Shown here in pieces: positions 1 to 12,770 of a stretch of DNA of 64,000 nt; position 1 is the stretch's first letter; each line of letters starts with the position of its first letter. Under the pieces are notes generated by a model, which saw nothing but the letters and a program-made list of their open reading frames with translations, was not told the origin of the DNA and did no database searches. Source of the DNA: Nemertoderma westbladi (lineage: Eukaryota > Animalia > Xenacoelomorpha). A program made the position numbers and the translations under genes. The stretch covers positions 8,576 to 72,575 of the forward strand of contig JAUCBJ010004480.1 in assembly GCA_032718475.1 (NCBI GenBank), written 5' to 3'.

Positions 1-516
1 GGAAGTCAACGAGAATTAATCGGAAACTTAAGGTCCGATTATTTAGAGCAGCAGTAGTTCCAGTACTCCTCTATGGGAGTCCATGCTGGGCTCTAACTGC
101 TGAGGACACCAAATCTCTGGATGGCACATTCACAAGAATGCTACACCGGGTTCATTGTGTCAAGTACAATGCACACATCTCCAACCAGACACTATATAAT
201 ATTGTAGGTGTCTCATTGGTTCCCCCAAGCTTGACACTAGAACAAAATCGCCTCCGCTTTGCAGGACATTGCTTTCGCCGTGAGGACCAGCCAGTGCATA
301 ATCTTGTACTTTGGCAGCCTCATGGAGTGAATAAGCATGGTGGACAGCCCATGACTTTCTTGAAACGCATCTTAAAGGACACTGGCCTTGAAGATGCGGA
401 TGATCTAGCAAATGTCATGGGTGATAGGGAGTTGTGGTGGTGCAATTTTGTCGATAAGCTGGCACAGCATTCTTAAAAATGCAGCTGCAATGCAGCATGC
501 CGATCCTAGTAGTAGA
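1..516 (+). mobile_element. RTE-like non-LTR retrotransposon, 3' end of the RT ORF plus tail (cut by the window edge)
   Basis: The open frame KVRLFRAAVVPVLLYG..W.LT...LDG.FTRML...RLRFAGHCFR...LVLWQP.G....G.P.TF parallels the C-terminus of the RTE ORF at 23730-24581. It ends in a short tagtagtag tail near 508-516. Confidence 0.85.
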
Positions 517-519
517 TGT

Positions 520-770
520 CGTAAATCTTAGTAGTGATGGAAACAAGTCAGTGGGGAGTATGTTGTGAGTATATTTGTTACATAAAGATCCAACTTCCTT
601 TAATGAATTTTACTGGATTAGTGGGTTAAAGTAAATGTTGCCCCTAGGTATTACAATTTGCTTGGTATTTAATTCTGTTAAGTTAATGTCGCTAGTTAAT
701 ATATTTGTATCATCGGCAATAAAGATAAATTGTATTTTTTCAGAGACATTAGCAATATCGTTACAGGAAA
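520..770 (-). mobile_element. Decayed CR1/L2-like LINE RT fragment
   Basis: Minus strand reads NDIANVSEKIQFIFIADDTNIL (FADD motif in a CR1-type context). The rest is disrupted. Confidence 0.55.
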
Positions 771-3700
771 CAATGAAAAGGTGGAGCTGAGTACAGTAGC
801 CATCCATGGGGTAATCATTCATCCTTGTCTCTACCCTATTAATGATTTGTAACAAATTAAATAACTAAAAATGCAGCAAATTGTGCAGTTTTTAAATGTT
901 CAGAGTTTGTTTTTAGCGCAATTGTTAGAATAGATATGTTGGTTCTGGTACTGGTACACACACATTCTTTTTTTTAAGAATATGTTTCATCAAACATGAA
1001 AATAAGGACAGGATGCAAATTAATTCCCATTTGGTTTGCTGATAATAATTATGTGGCAAAAACCTAAGGAGCTTCATGCGGTGTTGGGTTACTAATAAAT
1101 CAATGGAGGGTAGCTGATTGGTTAGTCATGACTAGGTAACCAATGGAGCATCATATTAAAGTTGTTCAGAATAAATCTACAGTACTGCTGTATATGAATC
1201 TCCTGCAGCCAAGATGTTAATCAAACCAGTATAGTAGAGACATACTCCAGCCTCAAAAAATATAGTACGAAAATAGTACAAGTTGATCTAAGAAATGCAG
1301 AATACAATTAATTTCCTTTTGATGTGATATAAAACTTATTAGAATGATATTATTTGTTCTAAGTACACAGTGACTATAAATAGGAACAATTTATTGTATT
1401 ACCGGTAATGTATTTTATTTCTAACAAAAATTAAATTAAATGTTTCATTATTCACAGTGAATATCAGGATTGTCCATATTTGTAAACTGACTATACTTAT
1501 CCCTTGAGTGCGCTCTTATATTAAATTGCATTTTACTTTAGTTATTTAAATAATCTAGTTTCATCTCTTTTTAGATTTTTTCTGTTAATTAATTTTGTAA
1601 AGTTATTTAATATTTATTTATAGGACGCGTACCCCTTTGCTCAGCACTTTTTAAATTGGTTTATATGAATCGATAGTTTCATATGAGATGTGTATTGAAT
1701 ATAATATTTGTCTGCGGCTATTACATCAGATTTCTTTTAATAGCATCACCATAATAATAATGCCGAAAGCTAATATATATGATTCGAACTTTTACATGAA
1801 ACAACCGCTCAATTACTCTACAAACTGAACAAACAGCTGTACTACTGCGGTGATAATTTCATCAAAGAAATCACTAATAAGGTAAGCAACGTAGCTTTAA
1901 TTAAGGTTTATAGTTTGGTCATTGTAATATAATTACTGTGTTATTATATTATACCTATATAATACTGTACAACTATTTCAAGTTGTTATAGTGAGAATAC
2001 TTTAGATACATAGCTAATTGCCCTTCTGTGACTAATGTACACGTTCGTGGGGCCATCGCGCAGCACGAGGCACAGTTATGAGATACAGATTAATATTGAG
2101 CGATTCTACTGTATCACAAACTCGGTATTTAAGAAATTTACCCAAACAGCAAGATTGATGAAATGATTGCAGAGGATTGATGAAAGGACGTGTTGGACTG
2201 GTTCCCGGTTAGGCTACAGTAGGCAATAGCAAGCATGCCTTGGAATGGGGGAGCTAGAAATAGTGTAGAGTGACGGGGTATTTTAATAACTTAATTACGT
2301 TTAGATCAATTAAAAACACGTTCTTAAAGCAAATCACTTGAACTAATTAAAAACTATAATGGCATGGAGTCTGGGGATTACAGCTGTATAATTTTTAAGT
2401 ATAATTATATATATATCTTATACTATAAAATAATTAATTTCCATTAAAAGTCATGTTGAAAATGCTGTTTTTACCCAATCCAACTTAATTAATTTTAATT
2501 TAATTAATTAACTGCTATTATCTTAGCTTCTCGAAGGCCACACGCAAATTCATATTGGAAAATTTCTAAACTTTTGCCAGACTACATGTGTACCAAGTTT
2601 GGATATATTTGTTCGAGATTGGGCTGAGTTATTAACGTTTAAAATTGAACACAACAAAACGACAGACACACTGATTGAGTTAGTGGTACCCGTATGCTAA
2701 GCTCGCTTACTTTCGTGCCTCGCCCCACATAAACCGAAGCTAGAGCAATTGAAAGGTGCCTTGAATTGAGTTGCTGCTCCTAGCTGTGGCTATAGTTAAT
2801 TAACCAGAGTTATCAGAAATAATCTTACTGCTTCTAAAAAGGTCGACCCAGTGAACTGAGAGTAAGTCGCAAGTGGTCGGCTGGTCGGATTACATATCGG
2901 CTCCACCTATAGTCTACATATAAAGTTTTGCGACTTTTAGCGACCCTCCAGATATAGTGTCGTATATATATAGTGTCGAATAGTCGCCTTTATACACGAC
3001 CCAAGAGTGCTTGGAACTTGGCCTAACCTAAATACTTCATATGTAAAATAGCCGACTTCTAGCGATCCTCCATAAGTCACCTGTGGTCGGCTGGTCGGCT
3101 TTCATATATAATAGTTAACACATACACAATAATTGAAATAGACATTAAATATATAATTAAAAGTAAATAGTAATAACTGGCCAACTAATATATATAGTAC
3201 ATGGTATACCAATTAACCAATCAAATGTACAAATGTACATGTAATGGGGGACATTAATTAGGGTAGACGCATTGTTATTGGGTTCATATAGCCGACCATT
3301 ACGTCGATTTTCCCCTGGAGAGGATAAAATGTTTGAATCTGGGTAACTTATACCGTCGATTTTGCAATTTCTTCTTGTTGTAACAGAAGACATACCTTAA
3401 CGCAAATCCGGCCAGCACCTAGACCTGACTGACAACATTACTATACTGTTTATTTTGGTTGCGGGTTTTCTACTCAGCTAGTTTAATAAAATTGTCGCTT
3501 GAGAGGAGAAAGTTATTACAAATAGAATAAAACATTGGACTGACAATGAATGAATTGGTAAGAGGAAAACAAATCGCATTCATCACGAAATTAAATGTTT
3601 TAGCGAATTCATGTCCATAATGCACACAATAATTGAATAATTAACAATAAAAAATCGATTACTTCTTATTGAAATATACCAACGAATAATAACACCAGCT

Positions 3701-3819
3701 GATTTCGCGCAGTCGGCCTCCCTGTGCTACAAGGACAGGTGGAAATGTAAATTAGGCTTCCTTGTGGAGTTAATCGTTTGGAAAGCATTCCAAATGTAAT
3801 TGGTTTTTTTTTGTTGCAG

Positions 3820-4060
3820 ATGAATCCAGATCATAACATAGGCTGCTTCCACCATGGGAGATTCGGAAAATCTAGGATTTTTACGAGAAATTCCAGGAAA
3901 GGGAATCCGGAGGAAGAAGGAGTTTATTATTGGCGGTCGAGCAAAAGGAAGTTGGAACGGCACTTCCGGCTCGCCAGTAGGTTGTGTTTCTCAGCCGCAT
4001 TCCTCGTTATGGTCGTGACTTCCGTAGAATTACTGCTTCCTTCCTCAACTTCATCCTACC
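3820..4060 (+). CDS. NCKX coding exon 1 (start codon; signal/anchor helix RLCFSAAFLVMVVTSVELLL)
   Basis: Polypyrimidine acceptor tttttttttgttgcag directly before the ATG and donor gtgagt at 4061. 241 nt, phase 1, matching the next exon. Confidence 0.75.
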
Positions 4061-5083
4061 GTGAGTCCGTACAATTATCTAATATAGTGATTCAGTGAAG
4101 GCGAATGTAATTAATTTCGTCCTTGGCGAAGTGGTTTGATCAGTTACCTTGAATTCATACAGTGGGGGCTACGAAGTTTTAATTAATTTCATCAATAATC
4201 ATGTTATGGGTCTAGCCATGACTCATCCTTATATAGTCGCTAAATGTGTACATGTTTCCTCTGGGGAGTATAGTTCTGTGGGGGGACCGTACTGTTAGGT
4301 TTAGTTAGGTTTCTTGTTAGGTTCAGGTGTCCACCATTTTTTTTAATTTCACTAACTTCGCCCGGGCTGTATGTAGCCCTCTCTACTGAATTGGAATTAA
4401 TTTATCACTGTTACTGTTTTGGATGAGTGATTCGAGTCCATGGCCTGTGATGTCTGGTGAATCTTTATCAGATAGGAGGGATATGAGGATATTCTCTTAA
4501 AACAAACAAAATTGAATCCTCTCCACGGAGAAATTGATGGAAATAACAGCTAATTACCAGCAAAAGTGTAACTGTAACCTATACTCTTGGCTCATTTATT
4601 GTTTTGGTTAGATAGCTGTAAATAGCGCCTCTGTACTTTTTACTCTTTTTGCTTAAAAATTTCTAATTACCATTTTTAATTTGCCGATACGAGATATGAA
4701 TTCACGGAGATTGGATTTGCATTCATTTACACACTGTTACTATAGTTACAGATGAAAAGGAAAATCTTTTTAATTAATTCACCACCAGTAGGCCACTAAT
4801 GAAAAATTCCACCGTACGCCCATGTCTAAACACTCTTTTATTAAATTCACTTTAAATTTTAAGTAATTTTAATTTAAATATTGTGTATTTTTAATTTAGA
4901 TACAATATATGTATGTACTGTACTGTACATAATTAACGCAAAAATGTTTGTGTTAGCTTGAAATGTTGATAGGTTAATGTCGTCTGTACTGTACTGTACT
5001 GTACTTGGACATTTTAGATAGAGGTCACAAATTAAGTGCTTCGCAAAGTGATGGTCCTGATGACTTTTATTTATTCCTTTTAG

Positions 5084-5284
5084 TGCTGCCACAAGTGACG
5101 CGATGGCGACGGAATACCGCTAGCACAGTGCAGGAGAACTGCACAGACCCAGAATATATAGCTTTAGAGAATCAACATAATCAAAACCCTGTATCCTGGG
5201 CTGAAACCTGCTGTTATGAGCTGACATCTATTCCGATTCTATGGGCATTCATCCATGCTTTCTTTACATTTGTGCTATTTGTAT
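5084..5284 (+). CDS. NCKX coding exon 2 (extracellular N-terminal loop, start of TM1)
   Basis: Acceptor ttccttttag and donor gtaagt at 5285. Joined to exon 3 it gives [28 protein letters not shown], the typical NCKX TM1. Confidence 0.85.
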
Positions 5285-5309
5285 GTAAGTGAAGAATATA
5301 TAACATATA

Positions 5310-7480
5310 TTATACTAGAAGATTGTATATGCAAGTATAGTATATTATATTATAATAATTAACGAAATCATTAAAAGCAGCAGCTTGGCCTAGTGGTGAT
5401 ATTCCTGGGCTTCCAGATAAACGGTTGTCAGAAAGCCAATCAGCGACATTACATAGTTCCGAGTTAGAGTTAGAGACAAGGGTAGGTCTAGTGTTGTGAA
5501 GTGTTGTGTCATCTGCAAACAATGTAGAAATAAGAGAGGTAGCATTAGGGAGTTCGTTAATATACAGTAGAAATATGATTGGCGAAATAGTGGCTCCTTG
5601 TGGGACACCACACGTAATAGGTAGACTAGAAAAATATATGTTACAAATAGAGACAAATTGGGTTCTAGAATATAGAAAGCTTGAGAGTAGTTGTTGCGGG
5701 ATTCCCCGGATCCTATAGGAGTCAAGCTTAGAGATTATAATAGAGTGATCGATAGTGTCGAAAGCCTTTTTTAGATCGATGTATTTAGCTAGTAGTATTG
5801 TAGTAGTATAGTAGTGTATTTAGCACTAGTGTCGAGTTTCTGATCTAAGTATTTGTGGATATATTCTACAACGGGTAGCAGGGCGTCACATAGATTTAGG
5901 GCTGAAGACAAATTAAGAACTGTATAATATTGAATAATTGTTAAGGTAAGAAAGTAGTTGTTTATTAATTAATAATGGTTTCATTGTTTACTTAAGATAG
6001 GCAATAGAGAAAATGGATGGTAATTATTCATATCAGAAACGTGGGCACTTTTAAAGATGGGTATGACATCTGCAGATTTAAGAGCATTGTGATAAAAACG
6101 TTGAAAAATAGATAGGTTGATTAGGTAAGATAAGTGGGTAGATAATAGTTTAGCAGACTGCAGTAATAGTGTGATGGAGAATGGGGAAGCTATCATTAGA
6201 TGAGGTTTTGGGATCTAGTTGAAGGATCAGATACTTAACTTCGACAGGGGATGTTTCTACCAGTAAAAAATGAGTTAGAACGAGTTTGGTTAATGCGTAG
6301 TAGGTAGCAGTTAGATTTGAGAATATTATTACAAGCTTAGATCCTATAGCAGTAAAGAGCAGGTCGGAGGTCTTCGCAATTAGCTTTGGTTCGGTGATAA
6401 TTTCAATAGAATTGTCAGTTCTAATAGTTAGTTTTTTAGGAATGTTTAAATTTTTAGTACTGGTAAAGTTGCCACGTGTAAACAGCGATTAAATTAAGTT
6501 GCTCCAAAAACAGTTGCTGGTTGCTCTAAAAGTTGCCACGTGTAAACAGGCCTTAAGTTCGTTAAGTGTTAGATCCAGTAATTCTAGAAAATCTGGAGGA
6601 AGTACCGAAAGCCTATGGTAAATAGTGCCAACAATTAATGGTTTAGCATTTGGAGTTCTTTTGATTCGCACCAAAGAATTTTCATGGCCATTCATTTGTA
6701 AGTCCGAACGTGGAGAAACATCTAGGGATTCCTTAACGTAGATTGCAGTTCCACCTCGGTTTAGTTTATCACCTGTTTTCCAAAAATCTATATAGGGATT
6801 ATGAAAACCAGGGAAGGCTATTTCGTCAAAATTTATATTTTTATCGAGGAAGGTTTCAGAAAATGTGATAATATCAAATTTAGTGGATAATGATAGAAGA
6901 AATATATCAATGTCAGATTTGTTTTTTTGGTTTCCGCTGCGGGCATTCAGATGAAATATTTAAATGGATGATATGTCTAAATTTTGAAAGTCACTGTTAA
7001 ACTTATCTTTTGTGAAATACTGTAGCCTTTATGTATATTAAGGGTATCAGTAGTAGCTTTCAAACTCGCAGTGTTGTAGTGTTTAGTTAAGTGGGCCTCA
7101 ATGTCGACCACTGGTAGGGGAGACTGTCGATTAATTATTATCCTTAAGGAAAACTTTATAAAGAAATGAGCCATTAAAAATAAATTGAGTGGTTGGGGGT
7201 TATAGGGTTCCCCTACTGCCGGTACTTCCTTCAAGGTAAAAGTGAACGAAATAACAAACCTCCTACTCCTTGTACACAGTAGTTCCACGAACATGAAGTC
7301 CTTGATAGATTTCTGCTGTTTCATGGAGATATGAAAACAGAAGACGGCTTAGCTTAATTCAATATTCTGAGTTCTAAATGCAAAGGAAGTGAAAGTGACC
7401 ACCATGTTGTCAACATATTTCCATTGTCCCGTAGTACTTTGTTACTAGAAAACCAACATGAGGTTTTATGTTCTCCGCCG
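5310..7480 (-). mobile_element. Degenerate CR1-like LINE (APE endonuclease + RT, internal deletions, 3' UTR remnant)
   Basis: Minus-strand motifs HLNARS, SETFL, RGGTAIYV, IVGTIY, NYHPFSLLPILSK, DLKKAFDTIDH, GVPQG and FADDTT appear in colinear order, with frameshifts. Confidence 0.85.
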
Positions 7481-8774
7481 TTTTCTGTTCTCTGCAAATT
7501 TAACATCTGTGGGGGGGGGGGGGGGGGGGGGTTATCCTAACTGCCAATTCAAATTTGTGTAATGTCCTGGTCTCATGTTTTTTTTTCGTAATTTTTGACC
7601 TGTCAGAAAACTGTACTCATTAAGAGTACGGGGATAACAGGGGAGTGTGCATACCAATGCAAACCAATATGTATGCTAAGGGAGATGAATTGCCTTTGAT
7701 AGGTATGTGAGAGTACAGTACATTGATTGGGACATACTGTACACTCAGAAATACAAAACATAATAATATTGACATAAAGAAAATGTCTAAAAGTGGTTTC
7801 TATTAAAACCAAATGATTTCCAAATAAAACCAACTTATTTCTGAATAAGTTGATCCACTGGCGGTGACATAGATAGACATACCGCAAGTTAACAACTTAT
7901 TAATATTTATTTACTATGGCAGCTCAAAATATGAGTCAAGGTCACACATTAGGTGCTAGGATTTCTGTGCTGAGCTTATTCCATCTTTCAGCATTATGGG
8001 AAATACCATTGTAATGATGACCTTGCATCTTGCTGATTACCATCCTGGTTTGGTGTGAGAAACAAAGCTATGGATAATCGGACAATCAGAATATGAAATG
8101 TCAAAACTTGAAGTATCCCTGTTATGGTTGAATATGGATTAACAAATTGCACCACATATCAGCTCCTCCACTCTGATGTACAGTGTACATTCCCCAGAAG
8201 AGCAAGGAAGAAAGTTATCTACCAATATTTGGATAAGTATCATCCATGAAATGGCTGGCTATAGCTGAAAATTAAAACACCCATTATTACCAGGAATAAT
8301 TTGTCTTGAATATTATAAATAACAAAAATTTTTTGTATGTGCATGTGGCGCGCATGCGTTCTGGTCCACCCTATTGTTCATCCCACCAGAGACAATAGAT
8401 TATAGATAGTGCAATGTGTCATAAGGTATAGCTACAATGTAGATAATAACGTAGAACTAAAAACGTGTGGCTGGTGTGATTGTTTTGGACAGCAAATTCA
8501 CAAGGATAAGATTCCAAGACATAAATTATCAATTCAATATTGAATAATGCGAAAAGTTCTCAAAAATTTACAGATATGTATCTGGTTTCTCAATTAACCT
8601 GAACACCGAAATGCCAATCTATCTCACTTCATTGTATGTGGTAATGTGAAAATTGCAATATTTATTTTTGAACTTTACCAATGGTCTGGTCATTCCAAAC
8701 TATAACTACAGTATAGCATAATACAATATTGAATTTTAGATTATATATAAGAGTATTATATATATTTGCAGAGT

Positions 8775-8905
8775 TGTTAAAAAAATTAACAAAACCGAGA
8801 TCGTCACCAATGCCAAAAAATAACAAACATTATACTGTAATGCGATAATAATTGTAATAATATTACATTGTTGTCGATCTCGGTTTTATTTAATTTTTTA
8901 ACGAT
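8775..8905. repeat. Imperfect ~130-bp palindrome (MITE-like hairpin)
   Basis: ttaaaaaaattaacaaaaccgagatcgtcaccaatg ... cattgttgtcgatctcggttttatttaattttttaa are reverse complements. Confidence 0.6.
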
Positions 8906-9432
8906 TCTTCACACCCCGTTATACCTAGAAACCGGATCTAACTCTCTGTTGTTTGTAAACTGTCCCTTTATAAAATAACAATAAATTAAATTATTATATA
9001 TATGCATATATATGAATTAATAGGGCTTTTGCAATTCTGTTTCCCGTACCACCAGGCAAGTAGATCTGCCTTGTTGCTTACAGTTCTTTTGCAACAGTTG
9101 CTTGGAATGAATGCATTGAATACAACCCATTTCATTCGAATTTGGAGGCTAATCCCATGTTTTATGCTAAATGGATGGATATTTTAATGACATGTAACAA
9201 ATTAGCAACATTGATCAATTAATGAATAGTAAATGAGGTATCCGTCCAGGGTAACGCGTATGTCCATTTCACTCTTTTAGTATTCACTATCAACCTCTTC
9301 TTGTCAGTTGGTTTAATTACAGTTACCATGTCATCATGCTCGGTACGTGATAATGCAACTGTAATTACACCATGCGATGTCCCTGAATATGTCCAGAAAT
9401 GTAAAAATATAAACAATCACATCGCGGAGGTT

Positions 9433-9492
9433 TGAACCAGTGCTATATGCGTTTCGGCCTATTAGGTCTCATCAGTAACGCTAACCAGTTCA
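9433..9492 (-). ncRNA. Degenerate minimal type-I hammerhead ribozyme of the Penelope/retrozyme type
   Basis: Minus strand reads ugaacugguuagcguua-CUGAUGA-gaccuaauaggcc-GAAA-cgc-aua-uagcacugguuca. The catalytic core is intact, stem II has one mismatch, stem III is minimal and mutated, and stem I is closed by ugaac/guuca. Confidence 0.6.
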
Positions 9493-10647
9493 GCCACTTT
9501 CTCCTGATACATACATTCTTACTTGTATTTTTTCTGGGTCCAACGAGTGTTCAGTTGACGAAAACAGTCAGAATAAGAATAATGTCCGAGCGGACATCGT
9601 GGGTTCAATTTTTGACTCTGTCACATTCAGACCTTCGTCCTGAGTATGTAGTAACTGTAGCACTGTGTCTGTATCTAAGCACTGTACTTTATATAAGACA
9701 AAAGTTCGAAGGGGCCAAAGGCAACAAAGTTTAGTTGTTTATTATCCCTTGACAAAGGTATGACCAAAGGTATGTCCGGAATTTCCCAGCAGCTTAATTA
9801 ACAACTAGAACTATGGAACTACTGTACCATGGATATACTGGGTATATCTCTAATAGTATTGAGGGATGATCTAGAACATTTAATAGCCTGAAGTAAAGTA
9901 TAATGTATTAGTACAGATACTGTTTCTTAAATTGGATTATAATCTTCGTGCCATAATATTTATTGACTCTTTATGCCCCTCTCGCTACTCGACTTTACCT
10001 CGCTCATCCTTACTGTCCGCTATTGGTATCGTAGGCCTATACTGCAGTAGTGCCTACCGATCTTTGAGTTTCTACTTTCCGTGTTGCGCTGTCAGTCAGA
10101 GAGGTAACAGCCTGTGGGGTAAGGATTTACCTCTGGGACCTGTATTAGGCAAAATAGCAGTAGCTGTGTAGGCCCACCAGTACTGTGCACGGTACAAGAC
10201 CCGAAATTTAGCCTACATCTGTAAATAATACACGGTTTCGCGGTACAAGACCATATAAATTAGACCACCATCTGTAAAATGCTCGCGTGAGTTCAGGAGT
10301 TGCACAGATGTCAGGATGTGCTGATTCTATATCATGCACTAGGCCTAACGGATTCTGGTAGCCTGGAACTAGACCACCTGACCACTACAAAAACTGATGC
10401 GACAGAGCGAGGTGCCGTTAGCCTAACATTTCTCGGAGGCTGGTCCGATAACACTCAACGCATTGTTTGGTTGGACATTGACATTACCGGTATTGCATTA
10501 CAGTGTACATTACTGCATTATTACATACGGATTAGTATGGATTGAGAAATTGGATATATTTGACGTCAATGGAGGTTTGGTTTGAGAAATTAATACAGTA
10601 ATATCACGTAGGCCTACCTAATCATATCTTTGCGTTAATTATTACTA

Positions 10648-10977
10648 GATCCACTGGCCCCCAGCCACCTTCAACAAACCATCATTGCCGAGGGGCACTC
10701 AGCTAAGGGGGCGGAGCGCATTAAAAACTCTAAGTATCGCGACCTAATGGACCGGGGCCATTTATTTCACCCCGTGGCCTTTGAGACCTTTGGCCGCCCT
10801 GGTCCAGAGACATCCACCTTCCTCCGGGAGATCGGGGCTCGTCTCCACAGTGCCACCCACGAACCGCGGTCACACCAGTTTCTGCTCCAACGCCTGGAGA
10901 TGGCAATTTTGGTTGGTAATGCAGCCTCAGTCATGGGGACAGCAACCACGCCGACCATCGGTCTATTCGGGGACTGA
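10648..10977 (+). mobile_element. 5'-truncated CRE-clade non-LTR retrotransposon, restriction-like endonuclease C-terminus
   Basis: Uninterrupted frame DPLAPS...AE..K.SKY...F.PVAFETFG..G.....FL..IG.RL....R...FL.QR...AI..GNAASVMGT, the characteristic CRE RLE end. GC-rich relative to its flanks. Confidence 0.8.
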
Positions 10978-11195
10978 AGAGCCGAAACCAATCGAAACTG
11001 TCGAAATGGTTGCCAATGCAGTCACCAACGGGATGACGGCCGAAGACTATTCAATACTCTATCTTATGCAATCTCAAATATTCAATGTTCGATCCCTAGA
11101 TGGAGCAGTACTGTTTGGGCACAGTGCTTTAAATGCTGCAGCCTAGCCCAACCCCGGCTTTTATCCTTCAGTGGTCGATTGGGAACCAAGGCAAC

Positions 11196-11262
11196 TTGGG
11201 AAACAGAGTGGAAGGGTTTACTGTGAAAGATCACCCATGGTGGTGAACAGGCATTCCTTGGC
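11196..11262 (-). repeat. Single inverted copy of the ~62-bp unit that is tandem at 19965-20240
   Basis: gggaaacagagtggaagggtttactgtgaaagatcacccatggtggtgaacaggcattcctt is the reverse complement of that unit. Confidence 0.75.
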
Positions 11263-12189
11263 TTAACGAGCCTAAAAGATTCTCCCATTCAAATATTCAA
11301 TTCGGTACTGTACCTTCAATTAAATATTCAATCTTAGTATTATTTCTGTGCTTCGTTATTTAATAATGTGATTAGATAAAAAAAATAAATTAATGAAATA
11401 TAATTCATCTGTTAATTATTACAAAAAAAAATCCAACATTATATTAACATTTATATAGTTTTGAATTAAATGTTTCGAAATCAACAGTCATTCAATGAAC
11501 TTATACAGCAGTGTCATATATCGCGTATCCCTTGGCTGCTTGGTTTAATCACTATTCTTTATTCAAGTATAACTGAATCCTGGCCCGGCGCCTTCACCCT
11601 CCACTGATAATTTAAATCGTAACTTATTCAATCTTTGACTAAATTATACCAAACTTGGTAAACATGTAATCTTGTCTATCGGCTAAAATAAACACAACTT
11701 GCTAAAGTTTCCCCTATAATGTTTTTTCCTATAGAACAGGATGCAGTTTTATTTTAGTAGTAAACAAGCTGTTATTTGCGTCGATTTTCACCTGGAGAGG
11801 GAAGAATATTGATTGCCCCCCCCCCCCCCCCCCCCCCTGCAGTTAAGTAAGTGAAAATATTTCGGCACCATTTAATTTTATTATCACGGTCGCACATCAA
11901 GTAGTCTGTCAAAAGATACAATTCATTATAAACATAACAAAATTAATTATAATAATTCTAAAAATATAAGGCAGATCTTCCTAAAGTTAGCTCTTTAGTC
12001 TTTAGCAATCTTATACATTGACAAGACTTATAAAATAATTGATGTTGAATAATTTATTATTAAGATTAAAATATATTATTAGGAATTCGAAGAAAGCAAA
12101 TTGTATTGAGTTAGTATTGGCAAGTTAATCTCACAAACCAGTCTAGTCTAACTTTAGAGTAGCCTTGTTCGCATTGTTCCAGGTTTAGG

Positions 12190-12770
12190 CCTATAGATTC
12201 CACCGTCTTCGTTCCAGGTTTAATTCTGTAATAGACTCCGTTATCCGTCTCGATCGCTTCGCTATGCACCATCTTACTGGGTTTAATAAACTCCATCGCC
12301 TTCCTGTCGTTCTCTGTTTTGTAGATTACTTCGCCATCGTCTGATCGCTTTGGTTGCGTGTTTAATACTGTAATAGACTCCGTTATCCGTCTCGATCGCT
12401 TCGCTATGCACATCTTACTGGGTTTAATTAACTCAGAAACTCCATCGCCTTCCTGTCGTTCTCTGTTTTGTAGATTACTTCGCCATCATCTGATCGCTTT
12501 GGTTGCGTGTTTAATACTGTAATAGACTCCGCCGCCATCGTATCGTTCTGGATACATTGAATAGACTCCATCAGTCCATTGTCCATCGCGATCGTTTCAT
12601 TGTTACGTTTAATTGACTCCGTCGCCTCCTCGGATTAGGAATCCGGCCGGGTTTCGTAGATTCCGCCATCGTTCAGCAGTTCAGTGTTTTTAATCAAAGC
12701 CAGAATTCCGGCACCGGCACCACGATCAACGATTTCGGAAGTAACAGACTCCGTCAACAACACTCGGGGT
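12190..12770. repeat. Degenerate array of agactcc/agattcc-headed units, including a near-exact ~150-bp duplication
   Basis: 12226-12385 is repeated at about 12368-12531. The motif (t/a)agactccg/agattcc recurs about 10 times with variable spacers. Confidence 0.6.

Noticed and set aside
10974-11030. Second hammerhead-like string (ctgaaga...gaaactg...cagtc)
   Set aside because: Stems I and II do not pair convincingly, and the CTGA is the CRE stop codon.
12111-12413. 100-aa minus-strand ORF
   Set aside because: It arises from a local duplication whose copies are read in different frames, with no homology or splice support.
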